NCBI GenBank assembly: GCA_035461905.1
Contig: DATHUV010000129.1
Coordinates: forward strand, 1,078-65,077
DNA: 64,000 bases
Direction: 5' to 3'
Source: Acidimicrobiia bacterium
GTDB taxonomy: Bacteria; Actinomycetota; Acidimicrobiia; Spongiisociales; UBA5794
The position numbers and the translations under genes were made by a program. How positions within the stretch are numbered: the stretch's first letter is position 1; every line of letters starts with the position of its first letter. The notes under the pieces are model-generated. The model was given only the letters and a program-made list of their open reading frames with translations, was not told the DNA's origin and did not search any database. Of the stretch, positions 1-8,902 are shown one piece after another.

Positions 1-330
1 CTGTGCAGTTGCGTAGGGCTCGGCGATCACCCTCGCAGACCGGTCAGGATCGAAGGCATCCACGGCAGCCTGCACCGCAGGCGTCGGGTTCTCCACAGAG
101 TCGAAGAAGGCCCTGATGCCATCGACGATCGAGTCGCCTTGGGATCGCGTGTAGACGATGTCGCCGTCGGGCACCTCACCGGTGCCTTCATTCGAGGCAA
201 CCAGCAACGGCTCCGATCCCCAATCAGAGAGGGTCTCGTGCATGTGGGCCGCACCTACTGCAGCTTGCACGGCGAGAATCCACTTCCCGCTGCCGTAGAT
301 CTCCCCGAGTTTGGCTTCCAGGTCGTCCAT
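1..330 (-). CDS. hypothetical protein (5' part; runs off window start)
   Basis: Reverse frame is open for 110 codons from ATG (rc of 328-330) to position 1, with high GC3 like neighbouring genes. Begins MDDLEAKLGEIYGSGKWILAVQAAV. Absent from the ORF track because no stop lies in the window. No family recognised. Confidence 0.45.
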   Translation of the reverse strand, partial: MDDLEAKLGEIYGSGKWILAVQAAVGAAHMHETLSDWGSEPLLVASNEGTGEVPDGDIVYTRSQGDSIVDGIRAFFDSVENPTPAVQAAVDAFDPDRSARVIAEPYATAQ

Positions 331-560
331 GAGCGGAGAATACAAACAGGGCCCCGACCCGACCAACAGCGAGAGCGAGCAACCGGGAATGCGTGGACGG
401 ACCGCGCTGACCTCACTGGTTCATCGTCGCTACCATCCCCCGAGCCGTGCTAGGTGGGGTGCTAGGGGTGCCCTCGTTCCGAAACCCTCTTCATGCGGAG
501 CTGAATTCCCCGCCCGAGGATGGGGTGGTGACGGGCCAGCACTGGACGATCGATGTTGAT

Positions 561-658
561 GGTCGGGTCCCCCGGCGGCGGAGCGCCGTGAACCGGGTCA
601 GATCCGGAAGGAAGCAGCCCTAAGCGGGCGGTTCCGGGTGTCGGAGGACAGCCCGACC
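561..658 (+). ncRNA. ffs: signal recognition particle RNA (small bacterial 4.5S type)
   Basis: Contains the near-invariant SRP domain IV string GGGTCAGATCCGGAAGGAAGCAGCCCTAAG (E. coli 4.5S has GGUCAGGUCCGGAAGGAAGCAGCC). Closing helix GGTCGGG (561-567) pairs with CCCGACC (652-658), and inner helix GAACCG pairs with CGGTTC. About 98 nt. Confidence 0.8.
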
Positions 659-731
659 GGAGTCGATCGGCCAGCAAGCGCCGCCATCCCCTCGCCCGGA
701 GGCGGGGTGCACGGTCACCCTCGATCCGGGG

Positions 732-1361
732 TTACGGGTCCTTGCGCAGAAGCGCTGCCCAGACGAACCCGAGAGGGCCGAGTCGCCACGTGTCGAGGAG
801 CGCCAGGGGAGCGTCAGCGAGCAGGACCTCGGGCCCGGGATGCTTGTCCAGCGTGTGGTGGAGATAGACGTACTCATCCCTCGCGCCGATGCTCATGCCG
901 GCCAGAGGAAGGACGATCGCGGTCCCTGCGCGGTGGATCCCGGACGTGATGCGGCCCTGCGGGCGGCCGAGGTCGACGATGCCCGCCATACCCCCGGGTC
1001 GTAGGACCCTCGCGATCTCGGCCATCGTCTCATCGACACTGTCGAGGTTGCGGAACACATATGCCGAGAACACGGCATCAAACGTTGCGTCCGCGAAGGG
1101 AAGCTGCTCGCCGACGGCGACGATCCGTCGTGGGAGGCCGTTGAGCGAGAGCATCTCCGGCGCAGGATCGAGGGCGACGACCTCCCGGTCGCCGAAGATC
1201 TCGTTCGCCGCACCTGTCCCCGCGCCAAGGTCGAGGAGCCTCCCTGCGGGGAGCCTCGATACCACCGAGTTCCGCCACTTCTGGTCCTGGCCGAGCGACA
1301 GCACCGAGTTGAGCCGGTCGTACGAATCGGCGATGTCCTTGAAGACCGCCCCGTTGCTCAT
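732..1361 (-). CDS. class I SAM-dependent methyltransferase, UbiE/MenG (demethylmenaquinone methyltransferase)-like
   Basis: N-terminal FKDIADSYDRLNSVLSLGQDQKWR matches the UbiE/MenG signature (YD.mN..lS.G.h..WR). SAM motif LLDLGAGTG. ATGA overlap with the serS stop. Confidence 0.7.
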   Translation of the reverse strand: MSNGAVFKDIADSYDRLNSVLSLGQDQKWRNSVVSRLPAGRLLDLGAGTGAANEIFGDREVVALDPAPEMLSLNGLPRRIVAVGEQLPFADATFDAVFSAYVFRNLDSVDETMAEIARVLRPGGMAGIVDLGRPQGRITSGIHRAGTAIVLPLAGMSIGARDEYVYLHHTLDKHPGPEVLLADAPLALLDTWRLGPLGFVWAALLRKDP

Positions 1362-2617
1362 GGGGGGCCGATGGTGTCGAACCCCGTGTAGACAGCGAGC
1401 TTCGGAGGGATCGAGATGGAGCCGTCGGCGTGCTGGTTGTTCTCCATGAGGGCGATCAGGATCCGGCCGACGGCGATTGCCGTGCCGTTGAGCGTGTGGA
1501 CGAAGCGGTTGCCTCGGTCGGACCGATACCGGATCCTCAGCCTCCTCGACTGATAGTCCGTGGTGTTGGAGGTCGACGTGATCTCGCGATACCGCTCCTG
1601 GGCCGGGAACCAGGCCTCGATGTCGTACTTCTTCGCGGCCGAGTCGCCCAGATCGCCCGCGGCGACGTTGACCACCCGATAGGGCAGGTCGAGTCCCCGG
1701 ATGATCTCCTCCTCACGGGCGAGCAGGAAGTCGTGTTCCTCGCCAGACAGCTCGGGCTCTACGAACGAGAACATCTCGACCTTGTCGAACTGGTGAACCC
1801 GGAAGATGCCGCGAGTGTCCTTGCCATAGGTCCCTGCCTCGCGCCGGAAACAGGTCGAGTAGCCGGCGTACCGGATCGGGAGGTGACCGGCCTCGAAGAT
1901 CTCATCCCCGTGGAACGCGGCGATCGGGACCTCCGACGTTCCGACGAGAAACAGGTCGTCCTCGGGCACGGCGTACACCTGCTCAGCCGTGCCCGGGAAG
2001 AAGCCCGTCCCGTAGAGCGCATGCTCACGAACCAGTACGGGAGGCACGACCGGCGTGAAACCGTGCCCGACGAGGTTGTCCATCGCGTACCGGATGAGCG
2101 AGAACTCGACCATGGCGAGCTTGCCAAGGATGAAACCGAAGCGCGAACCTGAGACCTTCGCAGCGCGATCCGTGTCGAGAACGCCAAGCGCCGTGCCGAG
2201 GTCGAGATGGTCGAGGACGGGGAAATCGAAGACCGGTGGCTCGGAGTAACGGGACAGCTCGATCGCATCGTCCTCGGTCAGCCCGTCCGCAGCGGTCGGG
2301 TCCGTCATGTTCGGCAGCTTGATCCATTGCTCGTTGAATGCCTCATCGAGCTTGTCGGCTCTGGAGAGAAGGTCCTTGTACGAGGCGGCGATCGAGGAAG
2401 CCTCCGCGATCGCCGCGGATCTCGCATCACCTTCGAGGGTCGGGATCGACTTACCGAGGTCGTTCTGCTTGGCCCTGAGATCCTCGGCCTGCGAGCGAAC
2501 GGATCTGCGCTGCTCATCGAGGGCGGCGAGCTCATCGAGATCGACAGCGATCCCGCGCCTTGCGAGGGATGCGCTGAGCTCGTCGGGACGTTCCCTGAGG
2601 AGTGCGATGTCGATCAT
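1358..2617 (-). CDS. serS: serine--tRNA ligase
   Basis: 419 aa with an N-terminal coiled-coil arm (MIDIALLRERPDEL...) and class II aaRS core motifs (FRREAG, GTAIAVGR). Confidence 0.95.
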   Translation of the reverse strand: MIDIALLRERPDELSASLARRGIAVDLDELAALDEQRRSVRSQAEDLRAKQNDLGKSIPTLEGDARSAAIAEASSIAASYKDLLSRADKLDEAFNEQWIKLPNMTDPTAADGLTEDDAIELSRYSEPPVFDFPVLDHLDLGTALGVLDTDRAAKVSGSRFGFILGKLAMVEFSLIRYAMDNLVGHGFTPVVPPVLVREHALYGTGFFPGTAEQVYAVPEDDLFLVGTSEVPIAAFHGDEIFEAGHLPIRYAGYSTCFRREAGTYGKDTRGIFRVHQFDKVEMFSFVEPELSGEEHDFLLAREEEIIRGLDLPYRVVNVAAGDLGDSAAKKYDIEAWFPAQERYREITSTSNTTDYQSRRLRIRYRSDRGNRFVHTLNGTAIAVGRILIALMENNQHADGSISIPPKLAVYTGFDTIGPP

Positions 2618-2628
2618 GTGGTGTGAGG

Positions 2629-3075
2629 TTAACGACTGAGAGCCCGATCGACGGAGGCCTGCTCCTCGGGGGACAGTTCCTGCACACCCCGCCCGGCACG
2701 CACCTCCTTCGTATAGAAGACCGAGTCGTCCCGGTAGGTGAGCAGGGTGATGACCAAGCCGTCACCTCGGTCGTTGAGGAGGCAGATGCTGCGCGATTGG
2801 TTGCCGGTGATGTTTCCGAACGCGTCGAACTCGACCACACCGAATCGGCTCAGGGCATGGGGAGCACGCTCTTCGAGAGAGGCAAGTCTTCGGATCATGT
2901 CATCGACGTCTGCCCGGTTGCGCACGGCTCGATCGTCGATCGATCGGAGCATCGCAACCGTGTTCGCATCCGTTGGGACGGCGTCGACCTTCCTCCGTAT
3001 CGCCTGGAGTTGGATGGCCTGCCAGATCCCGAGGATCACGACGAGGAACGCTACGACGATGAGGGTCTGTGTCAT
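2629..3075 (-). CDS. DUF4446-family membrane protein
   Basis: MTQTLIVVAFLVVILGIWQAI TM helix followed by a soluble domain. Start chosen at the ATG that overlaps (ATGA) the upstream stop. This family is commonly found near serS/parB in actinobacteria. Confidence 0.65.
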   Translation of the reverse strand: MTQTLIVVAFLVVILGIWQAIQLQAIRRKVDAVPTDANTVAMLRSIDDRAVRNRADVDDMIRRLASLEERAPHALSRFGVVEFDAFGNITGNQSRSICLLNDRGDGLVITLLTYRDDSVFYTKEVRAGRGVQELSPEEQASVDRALSR

Positions 3076-4079
3076 GATTCGGCATTCCAGATGAACGTCA
3101 TCGACCACGCATTGTTGTCGGGGCGGTTGTCGCCCTCGATTGTGACGGAGACCGTCGCCTGGTACAAACCACCCGGCGTGAGCGCGAGATCAGCGAACGA
3201 GACGGTCGTCGATCCGCCCGATGCGAGCTCGGAGCTGACCTGCTCCAGCGTGACCACCTCGCCGGTGTCGACGTCGAGCACGTCGAGCCTCACCTCCACC
3301 GATGGGACGGACTCGTTGCCGGCATTGGAGACGACGGCGTTGATCGCGACCGACTCCGCGAACGGGACGACGGGGATGCCGCCGCGTTCGCCTGTCGGCG
3401 CAGGATCCACCATGCCGACGACGCCGATGTCGACCCTGGCGGACAGGTTGTACGACGAAAGGATGCGGAGCGTCAGGTTCTGGGCGTCGTAGAGCAAGGG
3501 GTTCGCGGGGTCCGGTACGACGTAGACGACGGAATCGAAGGGTGGAGCATCGATCTCCGGCGGAAGCGACGCTATCGCGTTGCGGAACTGCCCGTAGCCG
3601 AGGTCGCCGACCCGGAGGAGCTCGAGGGCTGACCTGAGCTCGGACTCCGCACCGACGGGAATCTCCCCGTCCATGATCCCGAGGATCACACGGCGCACTT
3701 CGAGCGCTCCTTCGGCCCATGCGGTCGATGCGGCTGCCAGGCTGCCGTACGGCTGGGCCACGGGCGCCGGAACTGTGATATCCAGCAGGGCCTCTGCTTC
3801 CTCGGTGATCGCCACCATGTCGTCGAGTCGGCGGATCACCTCAGGGCGCGAGAGATCCGGCCCGATCTGCGTCAGGGTGTCCGTGAGGAGATCAGCGGAC
3901 TCACCGTGCAGGAGCGAGACCTCGCCTGCCGCCGCGAAGAACTCCACAGTGCCGCGCTGTTCCGTTTGACGGGAGACGAGGAACGCGATTGCGGAGACCA
4001 CGGCGACGACGGTAAGGGCGATCAACAGCCATCGTCGTCGCTTGGTGCGACGGTCCGGCTGGTAGGACCGGTACGCCAT
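3072..4079 (-). CDS. membrane-anchored protein with C-terminal CARDB-like domain
   Basis: Basic N-terminus plus TM (RRWLLIALTVVAVVSAIAFLV). C-terminus VVSNAGNESVPSVEVRLDV...GGLYQATVSVTIEGDNRPDNN resembles the CARDB fold signature. Confidence 0.55.
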   Translation of the reverse strand: MAYRSYQPDRRTKRRRWLLIALTVVAVVSAIAFLVSRQTEQRGTVEFFAAAGEVSLLHGESADLLTDTLTQIGPDLSRPEVIRRLDDMVAITEEAEALLDITVPAPVAQPYGSLAAASTAWAEGALEVRRVILGIMDGEIPVGAESELRSALELLRVGDLGYGQFRNAIASLPPEIDAPPFDSVVYVVPDPANPLLYDAQNLTLRILSSYNLSARVDIGVVGMVDPAPTGERGGIPVVPFAESVAINAVVSNAGNESVPSVEVRLDVLDVDTGEVVTLEQVSSELASGGSTTVSFADLALTPGGLYQATVSVTIEGDNRPDNNAWSMTFIWNAES

Positions 4080-4081
4080 CG

Positions 4082-4165
<84 letters not shown>

Positions 4166-4278
4166 GAGGTTCAGGAGGCTACCACCGATGTCGGATTGGC
4201 AACAGGGGTTGCCGCACACCGTGCAGCCCGATCGCCACGAGCGGGTCGCATCCCGGGCCGTTCCGTACACTGCGACCC

Positions 4279-4944
4279 ATGAACATCGCCCGTGGACTCG
4301 AACAGCGACTCGAGAACCTCGTCGATGGTGTCAGTGCATCCGTGTTCCGGGGGCACATGCATCCCGTGACGATGGCGAGCCGCCTCGTTCGCCAGCTCGA
4401 CTTCCTCTCGTTCGAGACCCCTGTAGGTACCCAGATCCCGAACGACCTGACGGTCGCGATCCACCCAGCCGACCTCGACCCGACGATCGACGTCGCTGCC
4501 CTCGAGGTCGAGCTCGCCGCGGTGGGCACCGTCGCTGCGGACGACGCCGGATGGCGACTGGTCGGGCCGATCGAGGTGCACCTCGCCACGAGCCATGCCG
4601 TGCCGAGGGGGATCCTCCAATGCGCCGGGGACTCGCTACCAGGGAGGCTGCCGGCATGGGGCCAGCTCATCGCGGTCGACGGGTCCGCCGTCGTTCCGCT
4701 GACGATCAACAGGACACTCATCGGCCGTGCCCTCGACTGTGATGTCCGATTCGCCAACTATCAGGTGTCACGCCATCACGCCGTCCTGACGCGTGTCCGC
4801 GGTGACGTCAGGATCTCCGACCTCGGTTCTTCCAACGGGACCAGGGTCAATGGCGACAGGATCTCGGAGCGGCCCGTCGACGTCCCACCGGGGTCGCTCG
4901 TCACGTTCGGGGACCTGTCGTTCACCTACCGATCGGTTGCCTGA
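4279..4944 (+). CDS. fhaA: FhaA-like protein (DUF3662 N-domain + C-terminal FHA domain)
   Basis: MNIARGLEQRLENLVDGVSASVFRG is the typical DUF3662 start. C-terminal FHA motifs GR...CDVRF...VSRHHA...DLGSSNGTRVNG. Sits next to tRNA-Leu as in Mycobacterium. Confidence 0.8.
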   Translation: MNIARGLEQRLENLVDGVSASVFRGHMHPVTMASRLVRQLDFLSFETPVGTQIPNDLTVAIHPADLDPTIDVAALEVELAAVGTVAADDAGWRLVGPIEVHLATSHAVPRGILQCAGDSLPGRLPAWGQLIAVDGSAVVPLTINRTLIGRALDCDVRFANYQVSRHHAVLTRVRGDVRISDLGSSNGTRVNGDRISERPVDVPPGSLVTFGDLSFTYRSVA

Positions 4945-4945
4945 G

Positions 4946-5359
4946 ATGCCGGTCCTGTTCCTCAACATCATCAAGCTGCTGTTCCTCGCCCTGCTGTTCA
5001 TCTTCCTGTGGCAGGTCACTCGTGCCGTGCGGTCCCACATCGGCTCGAATCCGGGCGCCCAGGTCGAGGGGATCGGCGCCGAGCTCGTCGTCCTCACGGG
5101 GTCCCGCGAAGCCCTGCGGGTTCGGCTGCGTGCACAGGGGCACGTCGTGGGCCGTTCACCCGAGTGCGACATTCCGATAGACGATCCGTACGCATCTGAG
5201 TTCCACGCACGCGTGGGTCTCCAGGGGGACACGGTGGTCGTCCACGATCTCGGATCCACGAACGGAACGTACGTCAACGGACGTAGAGTCACGAGTCCTA
5301 CGACCGTGTCACGCGGCGACACGGTGCAGATCGGCAAGACAACGCTCGAGGTGCGATGA
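4946..5359 (+). CDS. fhaB: FhaB/FipA-like membrane-anchored FHA-domain protein
   Basis: N-terminal TM MPVLFLNIIKLLFLALLFIFLW followed by an FHA domain (GRSPECDIPI...SEFHARV...DLGSTNGTYVNG). Confidence 0.8.
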   Translation: MPVLFLNIIKLLFLALLFIFLWQVTRAVRSHIGSNPGAQVEGIGAELVVLTGSREALRVRLRAQGHVVGRSPECDIPIDDPYASEFHARVGLQGDTVVVHDLGSTNGTYVNGRRVTSPTTVSRGDTVQIGKTTLEVR

Positions 5360-6075
5360 ACTACGTCTGGGGAACCGGAACCCATGTGGGCCGGGTGCGC
5401 ACCGGGAACGAGGACTCCCTCCATCCTGCCGCGTCCGGCAACTCCAACGGTCCGGCAGTGCTGATGGTCGCTGACGGCATGGGCGGCGCTGTTGCCGGGG
5501 AAGTGGCCTCGAGACTCGCTGTCGAAGCAGCCTCGGTCGCTCCCGATGGGGATCCGATCTCACCGGAGGACCGCGTCCTCGCTGCGAACACCGCGGTGAT
5601 CGAGGCCACCCGCAACGACCCTTCACTCGCGGGCATGGGGACGACGATGACACTCGTCGTCCTGCGGGAAGACGGCACCGCGGACTTCGCGCATGTAGGT
5701 GACTCGCGCGCATATCTGCTGCGGGACGGCGTTCTGCGAACCCTGACCACGGATCACACCCTGGTCAACGAGCTCATGGAGCTCGGACGCATCACACCGA
5801 AGGAGGCCGAGAGCCACCCACATCGGCACCTCATCACCCGTGTGCTGGGTCTCGGTCCGATCGCCGTCGATACCTTCTCGATCGATCTCGAGGCCGGGGA
5901 CAGGATCCTGTTGTGTTCCGACGGCCTGAACACGATGGTGTCCGATTTCGCCATCCAGGAGCTGCTGGCAGCCGGAGAAGGTGTCGACCCCACGGTCTGG
6001 GCACTCATCGAGCAGGCGAACACGGCAGGCGGTCTCGACAACACGACAGTCGTGCTCATCGACGTCAGGGCATGA
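5356..6075 (+). CDS. PP2C-family Ser/Thr protein phosphatase (soluble, no TM segment)
   Basis: Motifs RTGNEDS, ADGMGG, LCSDGL, GGLDNTT. ATGA overlap with the fhaB stop. Occupies the pstP position in the conserved cluster. Confidence 0.85.
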   Translation: MNYVWGTGTHVGRVRTGNEDSLHPAASGNSNGPAVLMVADGMGGAVAGEVASRLAVEAASVAPDGDPISPEDRVLAANTAVIEATRNDPSLAGMGTTMTLVVLREDGTADFAHVGDSRAYLLRDGVLRTLTTDHTLVNELMELGRITPKEAESHPHRHLITRVLGLGPIAVDTFSIDLEAGDRILLCSDGLNTMVSDFAIQELLAAGEGVDPTVWALIEQANTAGGLDNTTVVLIDVRA

Positions 6076-7367
6076 CCAGGTCGGCCGAGGCCGGCCTCAT
6101 CGTTGCAGCAGCCATGCTCGCAGCGACAGGCGTGGCCATCGTCGAGTTCACGAGGGGGAACTGGCTCGACGCGCAGGCGGCGATCACCTTCATCGTGTTC
6201 CTCCTTGCCTTTGGCGGACTCCACCTGGCCACTCGCCTTTGGGCAAGCGGGTCCTCGACCCTCGTGGTACCGACCGCGGCGTTCCTGACCGCAATCGGGT
6301 TCATCGAGGTCTACCGCATCGACGCCCGCCTTGGAGCGCTCCAGCGGTGGTCCCTGCTCGTCGCCGCCGCCGCAGGGGCCGGAGTCCTGTGGCTGCTACG
6401 CGACCACGGTGTCGCCGTGTTGCGTCGGTATCGCTATGTCATGCTCGCTGTCGGCGTCGCGTTCCTGCTCCTCCCCCTCCTCCCCGACCGGTTCCCGATC
6501 GGAGGGGCGACCGTCAACGGTTCCCGCCTCTGGGTGCGTCTCGAGATACCGGGCATCGAGCGGGTGTTCAGCTTCCAACCGGGCGAGATTGCGAAGGTCC
6601 TCATCGTCGTGTTCCTCGCGTCGTACCTCGCAGAGCGGGCGGAGGCCATGTCGGCCGTCCATCGAAGGATCGGACCGCTGTGGATACCCGAGCCCCGCAA
6701 CCTGTTCCCCGTGATCATCGCGGCAGGAGCGGCGTTCATCATCCTCATCTACCAACGCGACCTCGGGGCATCGTTGCTGTTGTTCGCGCTGTTCGTGACG
6801 ATGCTGTACATCGCAACTGAGCGGTCGTTCTACGTCGTGGCGGGCGCGTTCCTCGCCCTGGCCGGAGGCGTTGTCGCATACTCGGCGTTCTCCCATGTCC
6901 AACGCAGGATCGAGGCATGGATCGATCCGTTCGGCGATCCTGCCGGTGCTGGTTACCAGACGGTGCAGAGCCTCTTCGCGATGGGTTCAGGGAGCCTGAC
7001 GGGCTCGGGCCTCGGCTTGGGAAGGCCGGACCTCATCCCTGCTGCCGCAACCGACTTCATATTCGCAGCGATCGCGGAGGAGATGGGCCTCGCCGGCTCG
7101 TTGGCCGTCCTCGCGGGTTTTGCACTCCTCGTCACTGCTGGTTTCGGTATCGCGCTTCGTTCAAGGGATCGGTTCCGAAAGTACCTCGCGGGCGGGCTCT
7201 CGGCCGTCCTGGCACTCCAGGCATTCATCATCCTCGCGGGGATCCTGCGGATCCTGCCGATCACGGGACTCACCCTCCCGTTCATGTCGTACGGGGGATC
7301 GTCGCTCGTGGCCAACATGGTCATCGTGGTTCTGCTGCTGCGGGTATCGCATGAGGAGCGGGCGTGA
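6072..7367 (+). CDS. rodA: FtsW/RodA/SpoVE-family peptidoglycan glycosyltransferase
   Basis: Multi-TM protein with the SEDS signatures QPGEIAKV, DFIFAAIAEEMG and PFMSYGGSS. Start at the ATGA overlap with the phosphatase stop. Confidence 0.85.
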   Translation: MTRSAEAGLIVAAAMLAATGVAIVEFTRGNWLDAQAAITFIVFLLAFGGLHLATRLWASGSSTLVVPTAAFLTAIGFIEVYRIDARLGALQRWSLLVAAAAGAGVLWLLRDHGVAVLRRYRYVMLAVGVAFLLLPLLPDRFPIGGATVNGSRLWVRLEIPGIERVFSFQPGEIAKVLIVVFLASYLAERAEAMSAVHRRIGPLWIPEPRNLFPVIIAAGAAFIILIYQRDLGASLLLFALFVTMLYIATERSFYVVAGAFLALAGGVVAYSAFSHVQRRIEAWIDPFGDPAGAGYQTVQSLFAMGSGSLTGSGLGLGRPDLIPAAATDFIFAAIAEEMGLAGSLAVLAGFALLVTAGFGIALRSRDRFRKYLAGGLSAVLALQAFIILAGILRILPITGLTLPFMSYGGSSLVANMVIVVLLLRVSHEERA

Positions 7368-8839
7368 ACCACTCCCTTCGCTCCGCTGCGTACGTGCTGA
7401 TCGGTTCCTTCTTCGTTCTGATCGCCGCAACGATCTGGGTTCAGGCCATCAAGGGTCCGGAGTTCCGCGACGATCCGCGCAACCCGCGTCTCGTTGCGTC
7501 ACTGACGGGCCGCGAACGGGGCCCGATCGTCACGGCGGACGACGTGGTCGTCGCCGTGTCCGAGCCGGCACCGGACGATCCCCTCCTGTACGTTCGGTCC
7601 TATCCGGAGGGCGAGCTCTACGCACACACCGTCGGATACACCTCGGTCCTGTATGGCTCCCGCGGCATCGAACGCACGAGAACGCCTGACCTGGTCTCGA
7701 ACCGGGATGCGACGATCTCGGGTGTGCTCAACGGCCTCCTCGGAGGTGACACCCGGCCGAGGGGTGTTCGGCTGACGATCGACCACGATCTCCAGCGCGC
7801 TGCGACCGAGGCGCTCGCCGGACAGAAGGGGTCCGTTGTTGCGATCGACCCCATGACGGGAGCGATCCTCGCAATGGTCTCACTGCCGAGCTTCGACCCG
7901 AACAGCCTGATCGGTTCCGATGCCGGACCCGCGGGGTCAGCGCTCGAGGACGATCCGAGCGATCCCCTGAGGAACCGTGCAATCGACGAAACGTACCCGC
8001 CGGGATCCTCGTTCAAGGTGATCACGACAGCGTCCGGGCTCGACTCGGGTACGGCGAGCCCATCCACCACGTTCGAGGACCCCGTCGAGCTCGAGCTGCC
8101 CGGCAGCACGTCGACGATCAGCAATGCCAACGGCGAGGTCTGTGCCGACGGGATGAGCGTGACGCTCGAGCGGGCCTTCATCAGGTCGTGCAACACGGTC
8201 TTCGGGCAACTCGGAATGGACGTCGGAGGCCTCACATTGGCGAGCACCGCTCGCTCCTTCGGTTTCAGCAGCGAGATCCCGTTCGAGCTGCCACTCCTGA
8301 CGTCGGCCTTCCCGAATGGTGCACAGCTCCAGAGCGACCCCGCCGCAACGGCGCAGAACGCGATCGGACAGAGAGACGTCCAGGTGACGCCGCTGCTCAT
8401 GGCGATGGCGGCCGGCTCAGTCGCCAACGCCGGCACGATTCAGAATCCCTACATCGTGTCGGAGGTGTTCACGTCCGATGGCCTCGTCGAGTCGACCACC
8501 GAGCCGTCGATCTGGGGTCGATCGATGAGTCCCGCCGCTGCGTCCGTGCTCGCCGATCTCATGGAGCAGGTGGTGATCTCGGGAACGGGCCAGAGGGCCG
8601 CCGTACCGGGTGTCCGCACCGCGGGAAAGACGGGGACCGCAGAGATCACAGGCAGCGCCCCGCACGCGTGGTACATCGGATTCGGGCCTGTCGCCCCCGG
8701 CCCGGACCAGCGATCGATCGCGATCGCCGTCATCGTCGAATCCGGGGGGGACTTCGGCGAGTCGGCGACCGGTGGCATCGTCGCCGCTCCTATCGCACAG
8801 CGTGTCCTTGCCGAGTTCTTTGGCGTCGGGCTGGACTGA
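7364..8839 (+). CDS. pbpA: penicillin-binding protein 2 / PbpA-type transpeptidase
   Basis: SxxK (GSSFKV), SxN (SCN) and KTGT motifs, N-terminal TM anchor, GTGA overlap with rodA. Confidence 0.85.
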   Translation: MNHSLRSAAYVLIGSFFVLIAATIWVQAIKGPEFRDDPRNPRLVASLTGRERGPIVTADDVVVAVSEPAPDDPLLYVRSYPEGELYAHTVGYTSVLYGSRGIERTRTPDLVSNRDATISGVLNGLLGGDTRPRGVRLTIDHDLQRAATEALAGQKGSVVAIDPMTGAILAMVSLPSFDPNSLIGSDAGPAGSALEDDPSDPLRNRAIDETYPPGSSFKVITTASGLDSGTASPSTTFEDPVELELPGSTSTISNANGEVCADGMSVTLERAFIRSCNTVFGQLGMDVGGLTLASTARSFGFSSEIPFELPLLTSAFPNGAQLQSDPAATAQNAIGQRDVQVTPLLMAMAAGSVANAGTIQNPYIVSEVFTSDGLVESTTEPSIWGRSMSPAAASVLADLMEQVVISGTGQRAAVPGVRTAGKTGTAEITGSAPHAWYIGFGPVAPGPDQRSIAIAVIVESGGDFGESATGGIVAAPIAQRVLAEFFGVGLD

Positions 8840-8902
8840 CCGCAGCACGGGATCGTCTCCTTGGACGATTGTTAAGGGCCTCGGGAAGTACCCTCAACCA
8901 TC

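Noticed and set aside
600-720. Possible RNase P RNA or tmRNA in the 330-732 spacer
   Set aside because: No GAGGAAAGTCCGGGC or ACAGAACCCGGCTTA-type RNase P strings on either strand, and no tmRNA tag or GGGG...TCGAC start. The conserved string present is the SRP domain IV motif instead.
889-2152. Long + strand ORFs (889..1449, 1430..2152) antisense to the methyltransferase and serS genes
   Set aside because: Arg/Pro/Ser-rich low-complexity translations with no motifs, fully overlapped by well-supported genes on the other strand. These are typical high-GC shadow ORFs.
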